In this document: in pieces, positions 33,879 to 47,405 of the stretch
Numbering within the stretch: position 1 is the first letter of the stretch
Layout of the letters: each line of letters starts with the position of its first letter
NCBI GenBank assembly: GCA_032718475.1
Contig: JAUCBJ010006656.1
Location: 1 to 64,000 of the forward strand
Source of the DNA: Nemertoderma westbladi
Taxonomy: Eukaryota > Animalia > Xenacoelomorpha
Reading direction: 5' to 3'
DNA: 64,000 nt
The notes under the pieces: generated by a model
What the model was told of the DNA's origin: nothing
What the model saw: the letters and a program-made list of their open reading frames with translations, nothing else
The model's database searches: none
Made by a program: the position numbers and the translations under genes

Positions 33879-36031
33879 TTAACTTTCTTTCAAGATGTCC
33901 GAAACAATCATTGGTGCAATAATTTCCTTTAACGCCTCTTTCTCATCGGCGGCACGCTTCTGCACATCCACACTCGCTTCCCCGCCGTCACGGGCCTTCA
34001 ACTCCATCTCGGGGCAAAGTGGATGATAGCAACCTGATCTAGCATCTGAAATTGACCAAATATATTTTTATATATTATATAAAATTATTTACAGGGAAAA
34101 TAGCAAGGGGAGGGGGGGTTGTCCTCGTTTCGATAATTTCTGCTCACAATCCACAATTTCCATGTATTATAAAGTTCTACAGTACTGTATAATAACAATA
34201 TAAATCATAACAGCACCAACTGCAGGAATGCAATATATTACATATGCCTTAGGCATCCTCTTCAGGCAGTCTGTCGTACAGATTAAGAAAGCTAATAGTG
34301 TAACAATCTACAAATTACAAAAACACATATTACCGGTATTTACTGTTTTGTACAGTACGGTTAGGTTAGCAAATTGCCAATTGGGTTGTCGTTTCAACCT
34401 TCTTATAGGGTTAATGTTAAATTAATATTGAAAAATTTCTACCTAAAAGTAAAAATTTTACTGTAAACTGTGTTCCTAAATTTAGTTTATTGTTTTTGTT
34501 AGAAAAGTTTGCCATTATAACCTGCTACTGTACTTTCATTTAAAATAAAGTACAGGAGAAGAAATAACGCAGCTCGTTCCTCATTGTGCCCATGTTTCCT
34601 AGGAGACGTTAAACACAGCTCGTTCCTCATTGTGCCCATGTTTCCATTCTTGCCGATTAGTGGAATGGTTACATCGCTATTACTTACTAAACATAGACTC
34701 GAGTTCGATCCCGGCCGTATCTGTTAATTTTTTAATATTATTTAGCAATCATCACTTAAAATCGTCAATAACTTAAACAATAGTTTTATACAGAGATGAA
34801 GAAGTGGGTACGTTTAATACCGCAAGGAACGACATAGACTGTCAAAACCACAGCAAACTCATAATCTAGACAATCTTAGTTCCCAATCAACTTAGATCTT
34901 AAGCTATGGCTGTATGGGGTCGCTGAAATTTAGTTAGGTCCTGTATGTCGGTCGGTCTTTCTGACTATCCGACAATCTGTCCGTCATAAATATAAGAAAG
35001 AACACACCATTTAGCTAATAGTATAGTTATTGGGGTTTTCGTGGCCGCAGAACTTATTTCTAGTGTCAGTTGTAACATTTGATGACTTCCCCATTATCTG
35101 TTTGGCTCTCAGGCTGTCGGTTATATTTTGACGGGCAGACTGACAGTCATACAACTGTACAAACAAAAACAACAATGCCAAATTTGAATACTGACATCAG
35201 AAATGAAGTCACGGATCAAGATAACGCCGATATAGGAAATTTTTCCAGACAGATATGCTTTCTATTGTTTTGGAGACACATACTGACTGACCGACGGACA
35301 GACCGACAGTCAAACGGACAGACAGCTATATCTCGAGAAATAAGAGAGATCTTGCTAAACAGTTTTCAAATTTGGAATCTTGATCAAAATCTGTTATAGA
35401 GGAAATAGAAAAAAACAATTTGATATTTGATATTGTTGCTATTTCTCATATCAAATGATTATCATATCATTTAGGCAGTCTGGTACCAGTACCAGTATTG
35501 CTGTACTGCAGTAGTGTTGAACCTCCTAGGCCTACAGGCACAGGAATAATTTAAAATGGAAACATGGGCACAATGAGTAACGTGCTGTGTGTAACGTCTC
35601 CTACTGTATGAAGTACAAGCCTACAAGCATGCCTACAACTGCAATACTTGTAGGCCATGCCTGCAAATCATTGTATACAAATACACAAGATACTGCAATT
35701 AGTAATCCTGTTACCGGTAACGGTAAACTGGTATGAGCATTGTTATGTTATGAGTGAAATAAACATTCATTTTGCGATGTTTTATGCCCCAAATTAACAT
35801 TTTATTAAAATACTTAATCAAATTCAATATTTATTTTCCCCTGGCTCGTAGTACAATATTTAACTATAATATTCATCTGGGATTCCCCGAAAAAAACAAT
35901 TCCTCTACATAAGATAAACATCAGTCTAAATGATCAACTTTGTGGGTGTCTATAAAGAACTGAAGGAACTTACCCGGAATCTCAGCTAAAAGTACAATCA
36001 ATAACGCAACAAAATAGTATAACTTGGTCAT
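33879..36031 (-). CDS. Small secreted peptide precursor, copy B; predicted exons 36031-35974 and 34045-33879 (74 aa)
   Basis: Phase-1 GTAAGT donor joins the TTTCAG acceptor, giving MTKLYYFVALLIVLLAEIPDARSGCYHPLCPEMELKARDGGEASVDVQKRAADEKEALKEIIAPMIVSDILKES*. The terminal exon is a GC-rich island that ends at its stop codon. Intervening micro-exons cannot be excluded. Confidence 0.65.
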
Positions 36032-36179
36032 ATTGACTGACAAAATAATATATGGCTTGTTGCTCTAAAATTATATTGTTTTAACTCTCAGATAATATTT
36101 TACTGGTTTTGCTCCAAGTACAGTAAAAATAAGTTCAAATGTACTTCATATAAATACTAGTAGTTCCAGATAGAGATAA

Positions 36180-36670
36180 TGAAACGACTAAATAGTTCAC
36201 ATCTGCTCCGCACTCATTACCTTCCTATATGTGGATGACTAAAAGGTTGTCACCATCCTGCACTGATTATCTTCCTATATGTGGATGACTAAAAGGTTGC
36301 CACCAACCTGCACTCACTATCTTTCTATATGTTTGATGACTAAAACGATAACACCATCCTGCACTCATTACCTTCCTATATGTGGCTGTGGATGACTAAA
36401 AGGTTGCCACCATCCTGCACTCATTACCGTCCTATATGTGGATGACTAAAAGGTTGTGACCAACCTGCACGTGAGTGCATGGTTGATGACTAAAAGGATA
36501 ACACCATCCTGCATTCATTACCTTCCTATATGTGGATGACTAAAAGGTTGGCACCAACCTGCACTCACTATCTTCCAATATTTTTTATGACTAAAAGGTT
36601 GTCCCCATCATGCACTGATTATTTTCCTATATGGTTGACGACTAAAAGGATGACACCATCCTGCACTTAT
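36180..36670. repeat. ~46-bp minisatellite, paralog of 16660-16950, longer array
   Basis: Tandem GATGACTAAAAGG units. Confidence 0.85.
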
Positions 36671-36816
36671 TAAGTTCCGATAGAGGGGTGGAGGGGGGGG
36701 GGGGGGGGGGGGGGCAACTCAAATCCTATCTAGGCGACTTTATATCTCGTCTCAATGTTAAATTATCTGTTTTAAGGAAAATATGCTGGTTACAGAGGCA
36801 CGTTATTCGTTAATCG

Positions 36817-37008
36817 TTATTCTCGATTGCTGCAAAGCTTGCTGGATCTTAAGAGGAGTCTGACCTCTGCAGGCAAGATACTGTGGTCTGAGAAAATTAG
36901 CTGGAGTGAGTTGTATGCCTTGCAGTTGATCATTCTATTCCTCCACTTTTTTTTATTAAGGATGTAGCTAGCTGCGCTTTTGTTCCTTTCACGTATTGAA
37001 AGTTCCAC
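36817..37008 (-). mobile_element. RTE-type endonuclease C-terminal fragment
   Basis: YILNKKKWRN...AYNS...SDH motif. Confidence 0.6.
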
Positions 37009-37385
37009 AGCATCGACTTCGTTGACATCATTTCACATTCTTCCTTAAGGACTAACTAGTGTTACAGCTGTACTGTAACACTTAGTCCAATTCGGTATTC
37101 AGGACTACCTCCAGAAATAAGTTTGACTTTGTGTTTCGTAATGTCCCTTATAAGTCCGACAGATCTTCAAAATCTTGACTGCTTGTTCTGGCATTGATGC
37201 ATATTTATGCAACATATTTATTCTGTTGTCTTGGGATTCCCATCAAATGTTGCAAATATGAAATTGTAATTTGTAGATTCGATGTTGTTAAAGGTCTGAA
37301 GTGCAAAGGTGCCAATTGATGCTTTGGTCGAATTTCTTTCTGCTGAGTTTGTGGGGCAAGCGTCGAAAGTAAGCGAGCTTAGCAT

Positions 37386-38553
37386 ACAGGTACCACTAAC
37401 TCAATCGGTGTGTCTGTTGTTCTGTTGTGTCCAATTTTAAACGTTAATAACTCAGCCAAATGTTAATGAAATTTAAACAAACTTGGTACACATGTAGTCT
37501 GGCCAAAGTTTAGAAATTTTCCAAGTTCAATTTGCGTGTGGTCTTCGTGCAGCATCTGTGTAACTGTCCTACAGTTATAATAAATTTATCTACCCAAAAA
37601 TTATTAGGCTTGGCATCAGCTGGTTGCTAGGAGACTAAATCAGCTTGGTTTCTGGCAAATTATGAAATTACAGTAACATTGTTGGCCTGTCTGCCTGTAC
37701 CTGTACTATACTCAATCCCTGAATCTGGAATCAGACAATACTATCATACCGTATTCAGTGTTTTATGGTACTGACTGACTGTTACCGTGGTACCGGTGCA
37801 GTGATTTTAGATCACGTCTACTAGTACAGGACAGGCCTAATTCTGTAATTCCTGAATTCTGTAGGCCCTAATTAGCCATGCACTGCAGTGCGGACTGCGG
37901 TCCTGAATTAGTTTAGAGGGTCCGTTGGCGCCGTACCGCCCTACTACTGTCAGACTGTACAACCGGCTGACCGGACCGGTAGCAACTGCCAACTACATAA
38001 CTACCGGTACGGTACTGAACTACGACAGCACTATCGCATTTCCACGCTCCTGTCAGCAATGAAAGAAAATTAATTTCTTCGTTTACGGTTTCTGCTCTTG
38101 TTAACGGTTTAATATGTTAATTAAAGACTATGTATTGGTACGACCGACGGCACCGGCAACTGGTATAATCAGATGTAGATGTACATACCAATCTGCCAAT
38201 ACAACAATAGCAATAGGGCTACCCCTACCAACCATCCATCGACTCGGCAACTGCAACCATGGAAGGTATGCGGACTAACCAGCTGACCGGCATGCGGCAA
38301 CCAACTGACAGGTATCACTAACTCAATCGGTGTGTCTGTTGTTCTGTTGTGTCCAAATTTTAAACGTTAATAACTCAGCCAAATGTTAATGAAATTTAAC
38401 CAAACTTGGTACACATGTAGTCTGGCCAAAGTTTAGAAATTTTCCAAGTTGAATTTGCGTGGGGTCTTTATGCAGCATCTATGTAAATGTCTTACAGTTA
38501 TAATAAATTTATCTATCCAAAAATTATTAGGCTTGGCATCAGCTGGTTACTAG
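37386..38553 (+). repeat. Two direct copies (~245 bp) of an interspersed repeat at 37386-37632 and 38308-38553
   Basis: ACAGGTA(C/T)CACTAACTCAATCGGTGTGTCTG...CATCAGCTGGTT(G/A)CTAG occurs twice at high identity. Confidence 0.8.
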
Positions 38554-40509
38554 TCAGGTGGGTTTGAAATTCAGCAATACCAGTACAATGCAGCAATAAT
38601 GTGGCCTTGGGTTAGTTTTTGACCATTGTGGTAGGCCTATTTCACTTACAGCCATTTCAACATTTCCAGGTTGCTGCAGAGTTCAGAGTACGACACCGGT
38701 GCCATGAGATGCCTGTACTGCTCACTGATCACTGCTCATTATGTGGTAGGCCTAGCTTTCTAGACTGGTTGTCAGTCTGTCAGTGTGGTACTGCTACTGC
38801 ATTATCTGAGTATGGGTATGTGCGGTAGTGTAGAAGGAGTCCTGCAATTGCCTGAGTGATGTCTGAATTGCGATATCGCGACTATTCAGCCATATCATGT
38901 AATGACGGCATGGTACTTTAATCTGGTTAAACATATGTGGCGCCACCCACCAATCGGCTCTGCAACGGCAACCATGCAGCCATGGAAGTTTTGAAATTAT
39001 GCGGACTTAAGACAGACTGACATATTGTCAGGTTGTACCAGCTGACCTTTATTTCATGTTCCGGTATCCACTACTGCACTAGGTGCCCCAACAGCCCAAT
39101 AGGGCAATACCAAGCAACGTTTTGGAATTGTAACGGTACTCAAACATATCGCCATCAAGGCCACCGCCTCTGTCTGTGGCAGTGTCGTTGACGACCTCGA
39201 CTTTTGTTGGACTAACCGATGAGCGAGACCCGAGGACAGAAGAATGCATTGAATTTTTTGACTGTGGACTTCTATGACATCGATGCCAAGCTGCCAATGC
39301 GAAAGTTTTTTTCTAAGGTTAAATTTTCTTAATTATTTATTTAAATTTCTTAAGTACCGATTTTGGGATAGAATTGCTCACTTTTAATCTGTATCTAATA
39401 ACTGCACCTCGTCCTGCACGATGGCCCCAAGAACGTGTTACAAACGTCCATCCATTTCCAATATCATTATACTTGAAGCATCGTCTTCATGACAAATTCC
39501 AAGTACTTGAATACAGATGATGTCGATGTAATATTCCATAGTCAAATAATATTTCCCAATTGTTGACACGTTTAACTTATATAATTATTGTTAACTACAC
39601 TTTTACCATATGAATGTCAGCCATCTTTTTGTAATTCATCAGCCTAAATATATTTCCTATGTATTTCCTTCGGATCCATGATTTTTATGTAACTAATTAT
39701 TCTCTGTTGTGTCAACATTTGTTTGTGCGCACTATTTTACTAATGCAATGACTGTCGAGGCAAATCGCCGCACTGAATTATTACATCGCATTATAATCGA
39801 ATCTATTTCTGCTCTTACTACAACTAATTATTTTCGGTTGTTAACTTTTGTTTTTGCGCACTATGTTACTAATGCAAGTGTCTGTCCAGGCAAATCTTGG
39901 TACTGAATTTATTACATTTCATTATTATCGATTTTATTGGTGCTCCTACTACAATACTTCCCGTGTCTGACTGTTCACCATACCTTAATTCTCCTAAAAC
40001 TCATACGATAAGAAATACTCTTGGGACTATTTTTACAGAGTCTCTTTCCAACTCCGCATATATAGGATTTACAGAATAGGCCTACAGAGAATTACGTGGA
40101 ATAGTTAAGAACGATTGTTTTTATCCAACAATTTGTATCATGTTTATCACAAATCTTGCTTTTGCGCTGCTACGAGTTGCAATTACTCTATACTTTATCT
40201 TCCTCGGCGATGACATGGTGATTTATTTAACAAAACGTAAAAAAAAGTGAAAAAGTTAAAAGAAAAGAAAAAAGAAAGACCCACATACAAGTCTAAATCA
40301 ACTACACAATTGGCGTCAAGCAAATAATGTGCGGCTAATCTTGAAATAACTGGAAAATAAAATTTCACCGTGGCAGAAAGATTTCCAGCAACGGATATTA
40401 TGGCGGACTACCTTTTGCGGTTTATATTACATCTAATTAATTTGATATCACACTCCAACCTACAATATATTATCAGAGGTCAAACAACGTCAACTAAAAT
40501 AATAAGTAT

Positions 40510-40880
40510 AGTGGTAACAAGGACAATGGACTACAGTGGTAACAAGGACAATGGACTACAGTGGTAACATGGACAATGGACTACAATGGTAACAAGGCCG
40601 TTGACAACAGTGATAACAAGGACAATGGACTACAGTGGTAACAAGGACAATGGACTACAGTGGTAACAAGGACAATGGACTACAATGGTAACAAGGACAA
40701 TGGACTACATTGGTAACAATAACAAGGACAATGGACTACAGTGGTAACAAGGACAATGGACTACAATGGTAACAAGGACAATGGACTACAGTGGTAACAA
40801 GGACAGTGGGCAACAGTGATAACAAGGACAATGAACTACAATGGTAACAAGGCAGTGGACAACAGTGATAACAAGGACTG
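40510..40880. repeat. 25-bp minisatellite (GTGGTAACAAGGACAATGGACTACA)n
   Basis: About 14 copies visible. One further partial unit lies at ~42923-42941. Confidence 0.95.
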
Positions 40881-41267
40881 TGGACCTCAGAAGGGGTTGC
40901 AGCAGTCTTATTAACAATTTAACATAGATAGAGAGAAACCCATCACCAATTGCAACATGTTGAAATGCTACAAATATTGGAGGGAAATTAAAAACGTATT
41001 TACCTGTATTAATTAATAATGGCAGTGATTTTTTATGTCCTATTATTTGACTTTTTTTTGTCCTTTTTTTTACGAATTATGCATAATGACTTTTGTTGTC
41101 CTTTTAATGACTTTTATTGTCCTTTTAATGACTTTTTATGTATGTATTTCTTCAAACTGTCAGACTGCTGATTTCTGGACTGTCAGACAGTTGATTTCAC
41201 TATGCCTGTGCCAAAACATTCCATGATTCCATGATTTATAGACTATGAGATAGATTTCCATATGCGC

Positions 41268-41526
41268 AGTGTCGCAGTGTCCGAGTGGATACGGCGCCTG
41301 AACTGTTTACACAATAGTGTTTGGTGGCGCAGACTAAAGGCTGTAGAAATTTCGCACTGTTGTGTCCCTAGGCAAGACACTTTAGACATTAGTGCCTACG
41401 TCAACCCAGCGGTATAATGGGAACCTGGCTTTGCTGGGGTAATGCTAATACTGTAAAAGCGCTTTGAGTATGCTGAGCGTAGAAAAGCGCTATATAAATA
41501 ACCAATATTATTAATATTATTATTAT
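41268..41526 (+). mobile_element. tRNA-derived SINE with LINE-like 3' tail
   Basis: A-box-like TGTCCGAGTGG, core TGTTGTGTCCCTAGGCAAGACACTT, 3' stem AGCGCTTTGAG...AAAAGCGCTATATAAAT, (TAT)n tail, and TSD TATGCGC (41261-41267 / 41527-41533). Confidence 0.85.
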
Positions 41527-41644
41527 TATGCGCCTGTGGTAAAAAGACTCTATATTTAATAGTTTGTGGTTGTTGTCGATAATCTATTACCACATGACGT
41601 AGCAAAACACTCATTTTATAGCCAAAAACAATTACCAATTGATG

Positions 41645-42275
41645 GAAAGGAGCAGGTTAAGGCCGAGTTTTCTAACCAAAACAATAAACAGTCACTTTAC
41701 CAAATCAGGGAAAGGAGCAGGTTACAGAGACGAGATTTTCTAACCAAAACAATAAACGATCACTTAACTAATTGAGGGAAAGGAGCAGGTTGCAGAGGCG
41801 GGATTTTCTAACCAAAACAATAAACGATCACTTAACTTATTGAGGGAAAGGAGCAGGTTACAGAGGCGGGATTTTCTAACCAAAACAGTAAACGATCATT
41901 TAACTAATTGAGGGAAAGGGACAGGTTACAGAGGCGGAATTTTCTAACCAAAACAATAAACGATCACTTAACTAATTGAGGGAAAGGAGCAGGTTACAGA
42001 GGCGGGATTTTCTAACCAAAACAATAAACGATCATTTAACTAATTGAGGGAAAGGGGCAGGTTACAGAGGCGGGCCTTTCTAACCAAAACAATAAACGGT
42101 CACTTTACCAATTCAGGGAAAGGATCAGGTTACAGAGGCGGGATTTTCTAACCAAAACAATAAACGATCATTTAACTAATTGAGGGAAAGGGGCAGGTTA
42201 CAGAAGCGGGATTTTCTAACCAAAACAATAAACGATAATTTAACTAATTGAGGGAAAGGAGCAGGTTACAGAGAC
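41645..42275. repeat. 68-bp tandem repeat, about 9 copies
   Basis: ATTTTCTAACCAAAAC recurs at 41735, 41803, 41871 and onward (period 68). Confidence 0.95.
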
Positions 42276-43059
42276 GATAAAACTAATACAGTAATAGGCC
42301 TAAATTATGTGAAAGGTATATCCACATTTTCCACAATCCTGCAATCCAGTTTGGCCTATCAATTATTTAAAATTTATTAGCACAACCGGTAGGCCTACCA
42401 TTACCGTATTTAAATGGTAGGCTACACAGTAGGCCTATAGCAGTACCGGTGCCGGTACCGGTACTAAATTACAGAAATACCTGCTTTATACCTACATCTG
42501 TACATACAATACAGCAAAATAGTGCTACTATATACTAATACCGGTACTGATAGCCTGAGAGAACAGCAGTAGAGAAACCGGTAGCATGGAACCTAACATT
42601 AGACTTTTGGAGGACATAAAAAATAAAAAAAAAGGACAAAAAAAGGATTTAAACGGACAATAAAAATTATTGCGATTAATAATTGTTATGGCCTAGACTA
42701 ACTGACCTACCTACTTGCTACTACTGTTCTGAAACGCCATGGAGGGGAGACCAGCGCCTTCCTCTAGCCCCAGGCCACTGCGCCACCGCGTGCGGGATCC
42801 ACGCACACAGTGGGATGTGCCACGGACGATGGCGAATAATATTCGCGTCCGGACCCATTCCATGACTGTCGCGTAGGGTTTCCCCCAGGATCCATGGAGT
42901 CTGGTGGCTATAGTGGTAGGTCTAGTGGTAACAAGGACAACTGCTCATGATGTACATATTATGTATGAAGCAACTTTTACCATTCCACCAACACCCCTCT
43001 GATTGTATTGTATATAGGCCTTTCTAAATTTTGGACCAGCCCATTCTTTACGAGGATTA

Positions 43060-44214
43060 GTCAAATTTAATGACGCATCTTTTGCAAAAAACGGCGTTGC
43101 AATTAGATTTCAACTTTTCGATGTGGGTGCCACCTCAAAATTAGGTCCCCAGCACAAATTTTTTTGAAATTTTCGAATTTTACAAGGTCAATTAATTGTG
43201 AGGTAGTAATTCTTTATGTTGGGGCTTTTTTTATTGATTCTGATTCGTATGGAGCACTATACTACTCTATATAAGTACGTAAGGGAAGTGGTACGTCATT
43301 TTTGTTGCACTAAAATTAGGGCGTGGCACTTCAAATTTTCAAAATTGCAATATTCGTTAAATACTCCGAAGTTTTGATTTCAACGCATTTTTATGGGTTT
43401 TCTGGCCCGCTTAATCGATTGAAAGTAATATAGAAGACTCAATTCTTAGTGGTACATCATTTTTGGTACACCACAATTAGGGCGTGGTACTTTTTCAAAA
43501 TTTGAAAAAGTGCCACTTCCTAATTTTGGTGCACCAAAAATGCCGAACCACTAAGTCTTCAGGCTTCTATAATACTTTCAATTGATTCAGCGGTCCAGAA
43601 AACCTATAAATGTGCGTTGAAATCTCAACTTTGGTTTATTTTCCGAATCTCGTATTTTTCAATATTTGAAGTGCCACACCCTAATTTTGGTGCTCCAAAA
43701 AGGACGATCCACTAAGTCTTCAGGCTTCGAATGAATAATATTTTCATTCGATTCAGCGGTTCAGAAAACCTATAAAAACGAGTTGAAATCAAAAGATGGG
43801 GGTATCTTCTGAATATCGTATTTTTCAAAATTTGAAGTGCCACTTCTTAGGTGCACGAAAAATAGCATCCAGTTCAATTTTCGGAAATGGAATATAATCA
43901 CATTCGATTCAGCGTATAGTGAAAAACCTACTAATGCTAGCCAACAATGCCAATGCCACACTATCAGTTTTTAGAATATCAAAAAAAATGTATATTTTGT
44001 CCTGGGACTACTTCTATTTTTCATGAAAATTATTATACCCACGTTATGAAATTTTCATTTTTTTGGATTTGAAAATGTTCTTCGATAACTTTTTCACCTA
44101 CAGTCCAAATTTCGTAGGATTTTATTGGATGATTACAAAAATACAGCGGGGGGGCCGAATCGACCCCCCGCAAGTGGTGCTAATGGTCTAAACACCCCAG
44201 TGGTAATAGGGTTA
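43060..44214. mobile_element. Non-coding DNA-transposon remnant, piggyBac-like end
   Basis: Ends ...TAATAGGGTTAA (TTAA + CCC terminus) with a subterminal GGGGGG-CCGAATCGA-CCCCCC palindrome and internal direct and inverted subrepeats. A similar end TTAACCCTATTA is at ~20027. Left boundary uncertain. Confidence 0.45.
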
Positions 44215-45899
44215 ACACACGTAACACATGACGTATCGATGAATCAATTTCCAGTTTAGGTTGAATCACCTTAATTTAGGGTTCATTATAAAGGCATTCC
44301 GAATTCTCGTTGAACTGATGTTGGAGCTGCAGTATGAAGCTGGTTTTTTACGTTTCAATGGAACCGCGATGGTATGGAGTGGAGAAAATGCTTTGGGACG
44401 AAATTCATAGATCTTTGAAATTATTTTCCATTTTCACACTGAGTGCTTTGCATTCTTATTAATACAGTATATTCGCGATGCAAATTGGCAATACAAATTT
44501 TTCGCGTGCCAATACCACTATTATCTTTAAAAAGATCTCCACTCCAACTGTATTGACCATTGCTGAAGCCATAAATTAACTTTATAGTTCAACCAAAATG
44601 ATCCAACTAGAATAGGGTTCATCGTATAGTTCTTTGTAATTGCGCAGCTACTGTATAAGTGAAATACAGTATGATACTGAAATAATAGTGAGCTTAATAA
44701 ATATTAAATATAATATTAAAATATTGTTTATGACGGTTGTATTCCATATATTATTTGTTATCAGTCTCTCCAGTCTAATTATCTAGCCATCCTCGTAGAT
44801 AATTTGATCATTCCAGATCAAAATAAAGGGTAAACACAAACGTCTTCTCCTATTCCCCTCCTGGCGGGAATGAATTGGAGACAGCCGACCAAGAGATTTG
44901 TCGACGCCAGCACTGGATATCCGGGTTCTCAATTAGGCCTACTTGTTATTTTGTATTTGTTGGGTGAAACATATCAATTTATTAAAACATGTAAGGCATT
45001 TTGGAATTATTCATTAGTCCTACTTGTAGTTTGTTGGTAGTGATAGTGATAAATAAAAATATGTTACAGGGTGTTAATAAAATCAATGACAGACGACAAG
45101 ATAGAGGTCCTGAATGTCATGGAATTAGCTGTTTCCATATTTAACATTGTTAAATTTATCCAGCATTATTAATATGGTAAACCAATATTGTAATGCAATG
45201 ACTTTTATATGCTTCTGTGCTTTAGGGAATGTGACACATGTAATCTTTATTTGACAACTGACTCATTGGCCAATTGACACAATGTGAATTTGACAGATAA
45301 CCTCAGCGCGGACCTGCCTCCAGTAAATAGCAAATGAATTTGGCTTTCAATATATTATTGGAGGCAAATTATTATTGTCAGACAAAATATAATCTCCTTT
45401 TATCTTTAATATTTGACTGGCATTCCTGCAAGTCCTATTCCTGTAAATCCCTCCGCCACCCCTGTCTTAGTATAGTAGACAACGGAATTTCCCAGGGGGG
45501 AGTGTTTTAGTAAAGATAGGCAAAAACATGTATTGAAACTACATGATATCTTTTCGAAAGGTGCACTCTGAATAATTACTTTTAAAATACATATTAACAC
45601 TCCGTATTTTGCATTAATTTTAAATTCATTGATAATAAAATATAGATCACAGTAGATGACCATAATTAACCTACCACATACACATTTAATACATTTTGGT
45701 CTTTGCAATTTTAAAATGCTACTCAATTTGTTTCCTATTTAGGAAACTTTTCCGGTTTAACAGTCAGGTTTAATCTCGGAGTGACAATAATCTAGGGAAG
45801 ATAAGATTAAATTCTTCCAAACAAATCTAAAGTAAACTTAGTGAAAAGTCACATTTCTGTATAAGTGGTGACATTCCCGCTGGAGTGAGGTCCCATTCC

Positions 45900-45958
45900 A
45901 TGCAATTTTTGGCAGGATGGGGGGGGGGGGGGGGGGCCCATCCTGCCAAAAATTGCAT
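45900..45958. repeat. Perfect 22-bp inverted repeat with poly-G loop
   Basis: ATGCAATTTTTGGCAGGATGGG-G15-CCCATCCTGCCAAAAATTGCAT. Confidence 0.95.
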
Positions 45959-47405
45959 AACTCAGAATCGTTGCCCTATGGCACTACTGTGGTGAGATTG
46001 CAGGTGATTCCAACATACATCATCATCGTCCATGTCCATGCCTTACCCTGTATCACACTCGGACCTTTGTTATCTTGAATCCATGCTGGGGCAAGAGGGG
46101 CGCAAACAAACCTTTGCGAACTATCTTCACTTTGGTGGCATCATTGTCAATGTCAATACTGGGCATCATGGTTACAGTTTATTTTAGGTCGAATAAGGCT
46201 GTTGATCGCATGGGAATGTGGATGTCCACTTGCGGCATGCATTAATTTGCCAGTACTCTTGCTATGGATAGTGAAGTCTCAAAGTGAGGGGAAGGTGAAA
46301 TCCATGTCGAAGCCAATCCTCTCTATATTGTGTATATAAATGGTTTAGTGTTTGATATCATCGTTCCAACCAAATTCGGAATGGCTGTCTGGCTCAGCGA
46401 GCAAAGTGGTAATTTCAAATTATTGTTTCAATATCAAAAATTTGAATTGGTTTGGTTTTTCTATTTTTTTCCTCCTTTCTCCGTTATTTTAATATAATTA
46501 TTATTAATATTAAAATAATAATTTCAATATTTTTGGGGACCCGCCCCAAATCTACGTGGGGCTTGGTACTGCAGTCCAAAACTGCCGTCATTAATACGGC
46601 CCTGAATCAGTTCTTTCTTCCGGAATCGACCTCACTTTGACATATTCACTCTAAACTCCCATCCTGATATTTTGGTTTGGATTGATGATAATATCAGAAA
46701 GGAAAATGACAATTGGCTATACATTCACCGCCAATTAACTGCCATCGCATCGCAATATGTGGGAGTTGTCTTTCTGCCTAAAATATCTCAAGTGTGTATG
46801 TAGAGCTTCAAGATGTGTTACCGAATGCATGCACAGTTGAATACAAAACTAATAATCAGGAAATTAATTGGAAGTTTCTTCTGAGGATTTTCTAGACCTT
46901 GGCTAAGCAACTATATTTCATTTATTTCGTATTTGATGTTTTAAAATGAATGGGAACTGTCTGGCTGTCTCGTTTCTAACAATCAATTTATACAATAATG
47001 TTGATATTATCATGTATATAATATATATATATAATGTATGTATTAGGTTTTATGATTATCTATTATTTACTAATTCAGTTTTATACATATCCAAACAGCT
47101 TGACTTTTTAACACCATATTAATGTTTATTGAATAGTTTGGGTAGGGGATTTTTGGATTCATTTATAGTAATACTCTCATTATTTTATAAATACAATACT
47201 TGATATTTTTGTTATGAATTTACGTTCAACACTCACATTATATTTGTATAATAATGTACTAATATTATTGTTCATATAACTTTTAAAAAAGTAAACTTGG
47301 AGAAGGAACTTAAATTTAATGGTTAAAGATCATACGCATATTCCTATGATTTAGTTACTTTTCACACAATTTCATCAGGAGACAGAGAAGTTATAATACT
47401 TCACA

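Larger units (their letters stand above)
34134..40400 (+). repeat. Segmental duplication unit B (compact paralog of ~99-32900 without the young TE insertions)
   Basis: Colinear blocks: 99-170~34134-34200, 1682-2420~34696-35415, 16113-16950~35660-36670, 26420-26750~37088-37350, 26750-27140~39445-39935, 32443-32900~39978-40400. Confidence 0.9.

Noticed and set aside
34151-34837. Possible micro-exons of the peptide gene (AG...GTGAGC near 34151-34179; AG...GT near 34820-34837)
   Set aside because: Conserved in both units, but the first cannot lead into the coding-like frame of the last exon without a stop and the second has weak donors. Needs RNA data.
40510-42275. CRISPR-like appearance of the 25-bp and 68-bp arrays (also 1060-1318)
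   Set aside because: Units are contiguous with no unique spacers, there are no cas genes, and the context is eukaryotic.
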